Of a DNA stretch of 64,000 nt, positions 47,144 through 58,299 are shown piece after piece (the first letter of the stretch is position 1; each line of letters starts with the position of its first letter). The stretch is from Chlorokybus atmophyticus (lineage: Eukaryota; Plantae; Mesostigma and Chlorokybus algae): the NCBI GenBank assembly GCA_009103225.1, contig RHPI01003488.1, positions 248,001 to 312,000 on the forward strand, written 5' to 3'. A program made the position numbers and the translations under genes. The notes below the pieces were generated by a model that was given only the letters and a program-made list of their open reading frames with translations, did no database searches and was not told the origin of the DNA.

Positions 47144-49210
47144 TCAATAGGTCTCACTCTTGTACGCCCACGGATGCTCTTCCAGATAGCCCTGCACGGC
47201 ATCGCGGATGCCCAAGTTCGGCACGAGCTGCTCTGCCGAAAGGGGAGCGCGCGACACGGGATCAAAATGACCCACCTGCAAGTAACCGCAGTTGGCAACC
47301 ACAGAGATAACCACAGGAATGGATGCAGCGATAGAGTTTGTCTCGCTAAGCAGGAGTGTGCACAGATGCCAGCATACTGCATGCCGTGTGCATGTCAGCG
47401 TAGCTACTGTCAGTCAGTGAGTGAGCCAGGGATGAATGCTTTCATGCATGCATGAAAGTGGAATGAACATGGACAATCAAGCAAAAAGGGAATGAATGAA
47501 ACATCCAATGAAATGACATGCCATGTCGATGTTACCTTGCGCAGATGTTCCAGCAGCACCGCTTTTTCATACGTGATTCCGCTCGGCGTAATGACAGGCT
47601 CCCGGTAAATGTCCATTGTCAGCTTGCAGCACAGGTAGTCCGGGACCTGCAGCAAGTGCATCACCAATTCAGCAACATACACGCACTGCACATGCAATGA
47701 GTTTGAGATACACTCCGTACCTGTCCCGGGGTGTCGTTGGCCGTCGCGTCCTTCAACATCTCTTGCAACTGCGCTTGACGCTCTCTGTAGGCATCGTCGA
47801 CCTGTCTTCGCAGCTTTGCGCGGTACTCTGCGTCCATCTCCTCAGCACTCCGGCTGTCGGCACCATCCAACGCCACAACGTGCGCAAGTTCTATCGCGCG
47901 CAGCTTCTCCTCTCGCTCCTTCACCAGCAGCCTTTCCAACAGCTCCCTGCTCGCGATGTTTGTATGTTGGCATCCTTGTGGTGATGTACGCACGCGAATG
48001 CAACTCACATCAGGGCATACCTCAGCTCCTGGCGCTTGTGTGTCCTCATATCCGCCGCCTCTTGCCACTGAGTGTGCTTCACTCGGGAAAGCTCCTCCCA
48101 GATCTCCTCAAGCGTGTTTGGAGCCGCTGTGCTGTTCGGAGCTCGTGCCAAGTCATAAGCCTGTTGCAACATAGAGTCCAAGTGTGACAGCGCAGCGCAA
48201 CATAGCAAGAGCTTTGATATGCAATGGACGCATGGACGCATCACTCATTGGAGGCTTGGCCAACGTGCCTTGCTCAAGTGTCGCACGGCCCTTATGAAGT
48301 CGTTGAGATGCGATAGGGCCAAGCCTAGCATGTAATGCCCCTGCGAGCAGACCAATAAACATCAGCTACAGCCCGCATACGTAAAACACCGTAAGCAGCT
48401 GCAAACACTACAACTGTGAAACAACGAACTATGCCATATGACCTCAAGTGCCGTGCTGACAGCTTGGTAAGGCGTACCTTGACAGAGCTGGGGTCTAGCT
48501 GCAACACTCGCTCTGTGTCTGCTTGAACACGGTCCCATTCGCTGCAGGCGCAACATTGGTGTGCACTTCAGTATGTCTGTGTCAGCGCAAGCCATGACGA
48601 CAATCTAGGATCAACACTTACTTGCGGCGCCGATGGCATATGGCTCTGTTGGTCAAGTACGTTGGTACATTTGGGCAGAGCGTTATAGCCTGTAGCATAG
48701 CGCACGAGTGAGCCTCAGGAGATGCACCTCTTACTCACATTTTACCATGAATGCAGGGTGCTGTGATGCTTGCAGCAGAACACTACCAAAGCCTACTCAC
48801 CTCTGTGTAAGCTTCAATTGCGGCAGCAAACTTTCCCTTTTGGAAGCACTGGTTTCCCTGTCGACAGGGAAAGGCGGGCACAGTGATGTTACTGGGCTTG
48901 CACATACAGAGCGACACCAAGCCGCGTGTAGCTGTACCCCAGCCAATGCACTAAGTTGCACTTATCAGCGTTTGCAAGGGCAACATGGCATGTAATCACC
49001 ACGGCATAGACGCAGACATGTCTCTCATAATGCTTGCATAGCTGCATGTCATACAGACACGACGACACATAACCGCAGAACAGCGTGTTCGCATTCATCA
49101 GCATCGTCATGTGAGAACAAACGTACAACGTGGTCCTGCAGCAGATGTTGTAACGGACTCACCTGTGCTTTAAGCTGCTCTGCGCGCTTACGTGCGTCGC
49201 TATTCGACAT
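47144..49210 (-). CDS. CHIP: CHIP/STUB1-like TPR + U-box E3 ubiquitin ligase, 305 aa, 9 exons
   Basis: Exons 49210-49163, 48857-48801, 48689-48622, 48541-48478, 48340-48269, 48160-48021, 47946-47721, 47646-47536 and 47275-47144. TPR GNQCFQKGKFAAAIEAYTEAI..YLTNRAIC; U-box VPDYLCCKLTMDIYREPVITPSGITYE..FDPVSR.PL....LVPNL. Confidence 0.95.
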
Positions 49211-50258
49211 CCTCGAGCGTGTGCGTGGCCTCCTTCCCGAACCTGAACCAAAGCGTGGCCTGGCGCGTCTGCGCCTACCAGTGTCGAAAACCCACAGAAA
49301 CACTGCCAGCAGCAGGCCAGCTGTCACGGCAGCCGCCCCGCGCAAAAACCTGGGGTCTGCGCAAAAGAGCCAAGGCGAAGGCAATAAACACCCATGAATA
49401 TGCTATGCACGGAGTACAACTTGCAGCGACTGTCACTGAGTCACACAAGGGCACAATATACACAATCCATCTTACCTGCCGTGGTGAACAATTCTGTGCC
49501 GGCACTGCCTTGCAAGTCGGCTGAGGACAACGAGAATGCAGATGTAAGGTTGATAAAACGTACAAGACACATCCAAATAACATTGGGTTGAATATTTATC
49601 CAACGCCACTGCGCCAATAGGCCCAACAGACAGCGGACTTACGTGCATCAATTCCACAAAGACGAAATCAAGCAAATGCCAACAGCTTCCGACACCGTTT
49701 ACATAAACGCTCTGTTTTAGACTCACCGCTTGACCCTTTCTAGAAGGATCCAGCGCCGTCCTCCCAGCCACGTGCGAGCTGCAGCGAGCAAGCGGCGGCG
49801 CACGAACTATGGCTGAGCTACGACAGCATTCCAAGCCGATTGAAATAGGCTTGGAATGCCAGCAACAACAACAGATACCTAGCAAACAATCAGCTTAGCT
49901 CTCTCAAGGCGCCAAGCAGTGCCTGCTCAACCAGCTTGACAGAAGCAAGCAGCGCCCGCCTTGTTGACAATTACCGGAACCCAATGATATTGAAGCTCCC
50001 TCGTCACCCACCCTGTGCGCCACACCGCCGCCGCCGCCGCCGCCGCAACGCGCCGTTTGCTGCCACGTGTAAGTTCCTGCCAAGCTCCGCACTGCACTTT
50101 TCGAACACCGCTTTTGCTGTTGGCATTACGGATTCTGGTTGTTGGTGGCCTGCTTAGCGACGTGGGCGGAGAGAGACGTCACCGCCGGTGGCGACGTGCG
50201 TGGGTTGGTGGCATTCAGCATGGCATGAGGGGAGAGTTTGCTCCTCCTGCATATCATC

Positions 50259-52220
50259 ATGGCCGGCGAGGTCCGCCAGCGTGGCGTCCACAGTGACGGT
50301 GACAGCAGCAGCAACAGCGGTCAGCTGCAGCAGGTGGTCAATGGCGTGGCCAAGCCCAGCACTCAGAGCAGCACAACTGGTGAGCAACTGTCAATGCGAC
50401 TGTTAGACAGTGCATGTGATGCTAGCCAGCGAGTTTGCAGTGATAGCTTTGGCAGTTGGCTGACTTGCGAGCAAAGAAGTAGCAGACAGACTGCTACTGC
50501 ACAGCCCAGACAGAGAAAGAGGCGCAGACAGGTTGTTTGTGCTTGGGGCAAGCCACGCATTGATCGCATTGCTCACAGTGCACCAATGTGAGCTTGCTGG
50601 CTTGTTGTGGCGTTGGTGGGTTGCTCACAGACAGCCAGCATGTCGAAGTGTCAACTTGCTGCGTTGGCCACAGCATGCAGCAGAACGCTTTGTGCAAGTG
50701 CATGCACGTCATTCTTACGTGCCAGCAGCACATTGCATGGAGGTTAGCCAAGCGTGTCCAACAGTTGACACGCTGCTAAGCATGCACTTGTTTGCAGCTG
50801 GATGGGTGGACAGCGACAGCTTCTTCGCAACTGCGCGGTCGTGGATCACATTAATTACAGCTTGCGCATACATCCTATTGGTCACAATAGCATTCACAAT
50901 TGTCCTTATTTTTATTCTGCCATTGGGGCGGCGCCACCTGCGCATAACGATTGGCAACATCTATGGCACGTTTGTGGGCGCTGGAGCGGTGAGTTGCCAT
51001 TGTGGGTGTTGAGTTGAATGCATCCAGGCGTGTTGTTTACTTCTGCTTTGCAGTTGTTTCTGCTTCACTGCCCCATGAAAATGAGCGGTTTGGATAGACT
51101 GCCCTATCAGGAAGACAAGCCGGCAATCATCGCGCTCAACCATGCTTCCCCGCTTGATGTGCTCATTGCTTTCTGGCTCACACCTCAAAAGTGTGTAGGC
51201 GTTGCAAAGCAGGAGGTGAGCTTGCATGTCTGAGGATGTTCGCACATACGGGTGTGCACGCACGCACCCCACAGCGTGCATGCGCACATGCACGCTCTCA
51301 TGCCTGCACATGTGACCATGTCCAGAAGAACTGCAATGCACCACGTGTGCTTGCCGCAGTTCTTCTTGACATCGTCGTATGAATTGTTTGCAGATTGTGT
51401 ACTACCCCATGATTGGATGGCTGTACTGGCTGTCGGGTCATCTCAGGATCAACAGGAAGGCTCGCGAAAGCGCCGTGTCCGCGCTCACAGAGGCAAGCAC
51501 ATGCCGCACAGGGGGGGTGCTCGCACCAGCACTGCATGCACATGCAGAGCTGCATCCGCTTGCTCATCGGTCTGTCAGTCCATGAAACAAGTTGGCCCTC
51601 CCCCTTCAGGTCTGCGACTTCATGAAGAGACATCGCTACAGCACGCTGATCTTTCCCGAAGGCACGCGCTCGGTGACGGGCCGGTTACTGCCGTTCAAGA
51701 AGGTGCGAGACTTGCAAAACTCATCACACAGTCACCGCAATGCTGATCACAGTAAACAGTAGTTGGGGACTGACCTTCCACCCCCATGTACTGTTGGTTC
51801 CTTGCTTCTTGATCTCAAGTCAGTGTCCATGTCTTTAACAACAGCGTTGCACACCACAAGTGCGCACCATCTCATCCACGCCAACACATATGAACACGTG
51901 TTTGGGCTTGCAACTGATTGCTTCTCTGTGCCTGTATGGTCATCGTGCAGGGCGCTGTGCACATGGCGATCAAGACAGGGTTCCCGATCATCCCTGTTGT
52001 GTTAACTGGCACGCACCATGCGTGGCGCAAGCATTCCATCCGTCTAAGGCCGACACCAATCAGCATCGAGGTGTTGCCGTCCATCGACACCACGGGCTGG
52101 CGCGCGGAGGACGTCGATAGACACACGGCCGACCTCCGCGCCGTCTTCGCGGCCGCGTTGCCACCTGAACAGCAGCCTGCAAGCGATACCCCTGACGTGC
52201 GGCCCGATCGCACCGATTGA
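50259..52220 (+). CDS. LPAAT: 1-acyl-sn-glycerol-3-phosphate acyltransferase (LPAAT/PlsC family), 311 aa, 6 exons
   Basis: Exons 50259-50379, 50798-50988, 51054-51215, 51394-51492, 51610-51702 and 51951-52220. Motifs NHASPLD, VAKQE, FPEGTRS..GRLLPFKKG and PIIPVV. Confidence 0.93.
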
Positions 52221-53480
52221 TGATGATGATGACAACGCAAGGACGCGTGTGTTGTGTTCCTGTTGTGCGCTCAGGGTCATTGACTCATATACCCATAGGC
52301 TGTCCTGCTTTCAGCTGTGCAGCAGCGTCGCGTGTGATGGAAAAAGGCTCAGTGGCAGAGGCTCCCAAGCATTTTTTGTAGTGATTACAGGCCCTGAGCG
52401 AATCTGAATTGCCATATCTTTTGAGTAGATCAGGTCCTTGTTTCTTCAAACCCCAGTAGTGCTCAGAGTGCATTCCGATTGCTCCAGGGGTCGATTTAAT
52501 GTCACGTTTTGCATAGCCGCACAGAGAACCGGATGAAGTTTACTCATAAGCTCATGAGGCATCATCCATCCCTCGTGCTTCACGGGCTATGTAACCATGA
52601 CATGTGTTCTCGATGTGTCCTGCGTGATGAGTCACTGCTTTGCATTGCTCGCTTCTGAAAACTACTTGGGACCGAACAGATGACCCTGTTGATACGCATG
52701 GTACTTCAGAGTCTAAAACACCACACAAGGTGCAAGGGGCGAAGCAGCGCCGGGTGCACCGGCACTTGCATGGCGCAGAGTATCTGGCTTCGACAGACCA
52801 TATAACGACATGCGTACAAAAGGGGTATGCCACCAAGTCCGCATGCATGGTATGCTAGCAACAACGCTGACATGCACACAGTACTCAACATATAACTCAC
52901 CATCAGGCTAGCACTAAGTCTAATGTCTACACTACTCCTATCTGCCCGCCCCATTAGTTATGCAAAGCATGCATCAAGCAATCACCTGCCGACACGGGCT
53001 GATTGTCAGTTCGTTGTCGCCAACGGCCAGGATGGCCAGGATGACAGCAGCAACGACGATGACTCCCTCCCTCCCTCCCGTTCTCCCTCTCCTCCGTGCG
53101 TGCCGTAGTGTTTCAACATCTGGCTTACATTGTCTTGTGCACCCAATGTCAACAAATTGATGGCTTGTAGCCAGGCTTGTTGCCCAGTCACAACGCGCTC
53201 AGAGTTGCCACTTGCACTGTCCCTTGTGAGCAGATTGTCTTGTCTACTACCCGCGTGGTCGCTGCAATACAATGTCTTACAATGCACTGTTGGGCTTGAA
53301 CTGAACACATTGCAAGTGGCTTCGCTACTATCATCAACTCACGAAGGGTGGTCAAAACCATACATGTTGCATCGCCTAGCTTGATACCCGCACTACAAAA
53401 AGAACCGGTGTGCAGGCAATTCGCATTCGCATAGCACACCCACGTGCGTCGGTTGGCTAAGCGGTAGCAGCAGCATCGAC

Positions 53481-56400
53481 ATGGCGATGGCGGCGGCCAT
53501 GGCGGCGATGTTGCTGCTGGTAGTAGTAGCGGCGTCCTCGCCAGCCTCAGCGGCGACGGTCACTTTGGTAGCAGACGCCAGCAGGCCGAAGCACGCCGTC
53601 AGCCCCATGCTCTGGGGCGTCTTCTTCGAGGTGGAAGGAGAAAGCAACTGACCATATGAACTTGCAAATTCTTCAGCATACGCATGTCCATCTTTGCCAA
53701 TGTTTGTTGTGTGACAGGAGATCAACCATGCGGGCACAGGCGGACTGTACGCGGAACTGGTGCAGAACAGAGGTAGCACAACAACCATGCCAGATGTATA
53801 TGTGACGATCCTGTCACAATGATAAGAAATCCTTCAGACGTTTCCCTCTTCCATGCTGTGTGGCAGGTTTTGAAGCTGGCGGCCAAGCCATGCCATCCAA
53901 CCCTTACCCATGGCAGGCGTGTGCGTGCGCGTGCTCGTGCGCACATGCACGTGCATGCATGCAAGCGTGTGCATGCGTGCGTGGGTGTGCATGTGCGTGT
54001 GCGCATGTGCAGGTGTATGTGCACGCGCGCGCGTCTGCCTGTGCGTGCCGGCGCGTGCCCGTGCAAGCCTGCGTGTGTTGTCCCACGAGTGCGTATGCGT
54101 GCATGTGCGTGCATATCACTCGTGCATGTGATCACCATCCACAAGAATTGTATGCTACGACTCAACCAATGGAAGCTTACACACGCACGCACGCACAGGC
54201 CTTCAGCTCTTCCGCTGGCAACGTGCACGCCTCCATCCGCACGGAGCGTTCGTCCCCGCACCCGCGCAACCCCGTCGCCCTGCGCACCGACATCAACAGC
54301 AATGCCAACAACACTGATGTTCACGACGACGATGGCGACACCAACATCATGGCTGGTGTGGTCAACCCGGGCTTCTCCGGCATGGTGCGTGTGTGTGTGT
54401 GCTGGTCGCTGGTCGTGACACACGTGCGCGTTTGTATGCGCGTGTCTGGGCATGTGTGCGTGCGTGCGTGTTGACTTGTTTTGCTTGCCCAGAATGTTGT
54501 TGAGGGTGAGGAGTATACGCTCTCCATGTGGGCGCGCGCCGAAGGGCACATACGCGAGCTCGTTGTCTACTTGGCTGCAACAACAGCAAGTGAACGTCAA
54601 CCATTGACCCGCACATACCGGCACGTCCAGTGTCAATGCCTTCTCGCCTGCTGTCCCAAAGGAACAAAATCGAAGGCCATCACACATGACTTATCACTGT
54701 GTTCTTGGGGCAGGTTTGCGGTTGGTAGCAATTGGAAGAAGTATGCCGTGCGCTTGCGTGCCAATGCATCTGACCCCCGTGCAAGCCTTGTGATAGCTGC
54801 GGCGATGCCGTCAACGCCAGATGACAGCAAGGCCACCTTCTGGCTTGATGTTGTGTCGCTCATGCCAGCAAACATCCCGAAAGGTATGCAGTTTGTATAT
54901 GGCCTGAAACAACACATGCGCATGCATGGCTATGCACAATCGCGCAGGCTAACGCCAAGCCCGGTGCACACACATGAATCCCCATACACACACATATACA
55001 CGCGCGTATGCGCGTGTGCATGCGTGCATGCGTGTATATTAACCACGTGCACAGCACCTGCACACGGACACGCGCGTGCACGCACACACATGTGGTGGGC
55101 GTGCGCACCCGCACGCACCCGCGCAACCTCCCGAAAGGCCCTCACACAACCCCCGCGCATGCACGCGCGCGCGCGCGCGCGCGCACGCACGCACGTCCCA
55201 CACTCCACCACATCCCCCACCCACCCCCACCCCCTCAGGCCACCCCTTCCGCCCCGACCTCCTCCGCCTCCTCTCCTCCCTCTCCCCTTCCTTCCTCCGT
55301 TTCCCCGGCGGTTGCTTCGTCGAATCCGACTACCTGTCCTCTTCCTTCCGCTGGCGCGAGACCGTCGGTCCCATTGCCTCCCGTCCGGGCCACATCAACG
55401 CCATCTGGGGCTATTTCAGCGAGGACGGGCTGGGGTTCTACGAGTATCTGGTGCTGAGCGAGGATATCGGGGCCGAGCCGGTGTGGGTGTTCAACGCGGG
55501 GATCAGTCATAGGGAGAGTGTCGGAGTGGGGGAGATCGGACCGTGGGTGGAAGAGGTGCTGGAAGGGATCGAGTTTGCGAGGGGAGATGAGAAGGAGACC
55601 AAGTGGGGGAAGGTGAGGTGTTGCAGCACACAAGTCCAGTGATGCGTAAGTCTATGTGGCGCACGATGACAACCCTAACATGCGTTTGGTCGGTCTGTTT
55701 CGCATTTGAGTCATCAAGCGATCTCAGTATCGTGTAGCGTCAACACCGACTGTGCATGCACAGCCTTTCCCTGCTTGTGCACTTTGTCGGCACAACTCGC
55801 ACAGAGTTGACAGCAGAGCAGCCTTCATCTGTTTCTCGGTGTTACCCACGCATGCACCCATGCACACGTCCGTGCGTGCGTGCGTGCGTAACACTAGTGC
55901 ACGTACGAATTGTGCATTGGCTGCTACGCTTGCTATCATGCCTGCGTGTATCACATGGGTATGTATCCCAACAACTGAGCTCCAACACTCCCACTCCTCC
56001 CCTAGGTGCGAGCCTCTATGGGCCACCCTTCCCCCTTCCCCCTCCACCACGTCGCCGTCGGCAACGAGGACTGCTTCTCCCCCTCCTACCCCGCTCTCTT
56101 CTCCATCTTCTACCGCGCCATCAAGTCCCTTCACCCCGACATGACCGTCATATCCAACTGCTACGGGGACGACGACGTCACGCCCGAGGCGGATGTGCGA
56201 GACTATCACATCTATGCGAGGCCGGAGGAGATGATCGAAAGGGCGGGGGAGTTCGATGGGGTGGAGAGAGGGAAGAAGGGGAAGGTGTTTGTGAGCGAGT
56301 ATGCGGCGCTCGGAGGGGACGCGGGGAAAGGTACGGGCGGGGTGTTTGGGTGTATGTGGGGAAGGGGGCATGTTGGAGGTCTGTGTGCATGTGCGCGCGT

Positions 56401-57703
56401 GTGCGCGTGTGTGGTTTGCACAGCCTTGTGGGATATGCAACACTTGGGTAAGTGCGTGCGCACGAGCGCACGCGCGCGTGCATGTCTGTATCTGTAGTAT
56501 GGTGCATGTGTGCGTGAGGATGTCAGTATAATAGAGGCATCACGACGTACACATGCGTGTACATACACTCGCATGCACACAAGCATGTATGCATCGGGGT
56601 GCTCGACGCTTCGCTGGTGACCACGTGCTGAGAGTGTGTTTACCCGGTGAATGTGCATACACTCGCACAGATATCGTAACCACCTTCCACGCAGGCACGC
56701 TGAGGGGCGCGGTGGCGGAAGCGGTGTTCATGCTCGGCCTCGAGCGCAATTCCGATGTCGTCACGATGGCCAGCTACGCACCCCTCTTCACCCACGAACA
56801 AGTACGCAACATACACTATACACACGCATGCACCCACCCGCGCACGCACCCACCCACGCACGCTCGCACGCACGCGCGCACAATTTGACTTATTGCAGTA
56901 CACTGTCTGGGAGCCCGACGCCATCCACTTCGACTCCTCGCGCGCGTTCGGCACGCCCTCGTACCATCTCCAGACGATGTTTGGCAAAACCAACTTCAAC
57001 GGCAGCGTGCTGCTGGACTCTACTCTCCAATGGGATGACGATGATGATCATGGGGAAGAAGACAGACTTGTTGCGGCGAGTGTCATCGTGTCGGAGAGAG
57101 AAGCACGCATGGTGATAAAGGTAAAGTGAGATGAGAGGACTTGTTGTCTTACTGATAAGCGTACATGTTGTTACACTACAAAACTGCAGAAGCGTAACAG
57201 CTTCCACTCGTGTAAGTATCATGAGAGTCATGTGTCTGGGTAAGTTAGTAAGTGGAGCCTTCGCCCTGGCGCATCTGTTATCACATGATGATCAAGTGAC
57301 CAACACTCACTGACTCACTCTGTTCCTTCTCCCTTTCAACAGCTGGTGAACTACGGCTCCGAGGCAGTCAATGCAACGTTGCGAATGGATGGTTTATCGT
57401 TGAGCGCCATCCATAGCAGCGAGGATGCTACTATATACATGCTCACGAGCAAGGACCCCCTCGACACCAACACCCTCGACCATCCCGACAAGGTGACCAC
57501 ATGTGTGTGTGTGTGCGTGTGTGTTCCTCTTCATGTCCTCGCTTGTATGTCACATGTGCTTGCAGGTGGTGCCAAAGGTGTGCAAGACGCCGTTTCGCAA
57601 CAACGCGACGATGGTGTTGCCGTCGAACTCGGTCACGGTCATCAGCGTGCCCTTGACCAGCAGCACAACGACTACAGGACAGCTTGGTCGGGAGGTGATG
57701 TGA
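53481..57703 (+). CDS. GH51 alpha-L-arabinofuranosidase with signal peptide, ~684 aa, 12 exons
   Basis: Exons 53481-53630, 53718-53772, 53867-53916, 54199-54384, 54493-54620, 54714-54883, 55239-55612, 56006-56330, 56695-56801, 56899-57120, 57343-57492 and 57566-57703. Motifs FFEEINHAG.GGLYAELV.NRGFE, LRFPGGC, GNE, VSEYA and MASYAPL. Confidence 0.95.
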
Positions 57704-57741
57704 GGAAGCACACATTTATAGTTCCGAGGCACTGCGGTCAT

Positions 57742-57898
57742 GAGGAGGTAACTAGAGCCAAGCGGCTTGTTGTGTACAGTACAAAAGTATGCTCAACAGG
57801 AAGGTTGATTTTTCTTGTTGACGAGGAGGTAACTAGAGCCAAGCGGCTTGTTGTGTACAGTACAAAAGTATGCTCAACAGGAAGGTTGATTTTTCTTG
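57742..57898. repeat. Perfect 76-bp tandem duplication (period 81) in the arabinofuranosidase 3' region
   Basis: 57742-57817 is identical to 57823-57898. Confidence 0.95.
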
Positions 57899-58299
57899 CG
57901 TTGCATGCGTGTATGATGCCATCCACTCTTGGCTTACATGGTCGTAAGATGGGACGGGCATGCTCGCTTTGCCGCTGGTCGCTTGTTGCGGCTCAGCTGT
58001 TTGTTTACACATGATGAGCATGAGGGACTATCAGTCATACAGCCATGCGAAGCTTGTGCTGGCTAGTTGAGTGCCCTGTGCAAGACCCCCTGCTAGTGCA
58101 TGCACAGAAGTTGTTGTCTTCGGGTCAACAAGCGTTTTGATGGAGCAAACTTCGTTATAGCGTTGCAATCGGGATCATCTGTGTAAAGTATAAGGTCGTC
58201 ATCTCTCCACGGGAGCTGAACAGGCTGGCATTGCTTCTGATTGTATCGGTCGTTAGCCGCGGCGGGGTACTGCGCCTTTGTCAGTGTCATCAACATCTC

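Noticed and set aside
45521-52220. Functional cluster of SepF, CHIP (degrades unimported plastid precursors in Arabidopsis) and LPAAT
   Set aside because: Mixed orientations, no shared regulatory evidence, and adjacency is expected by chance in a compact genome.
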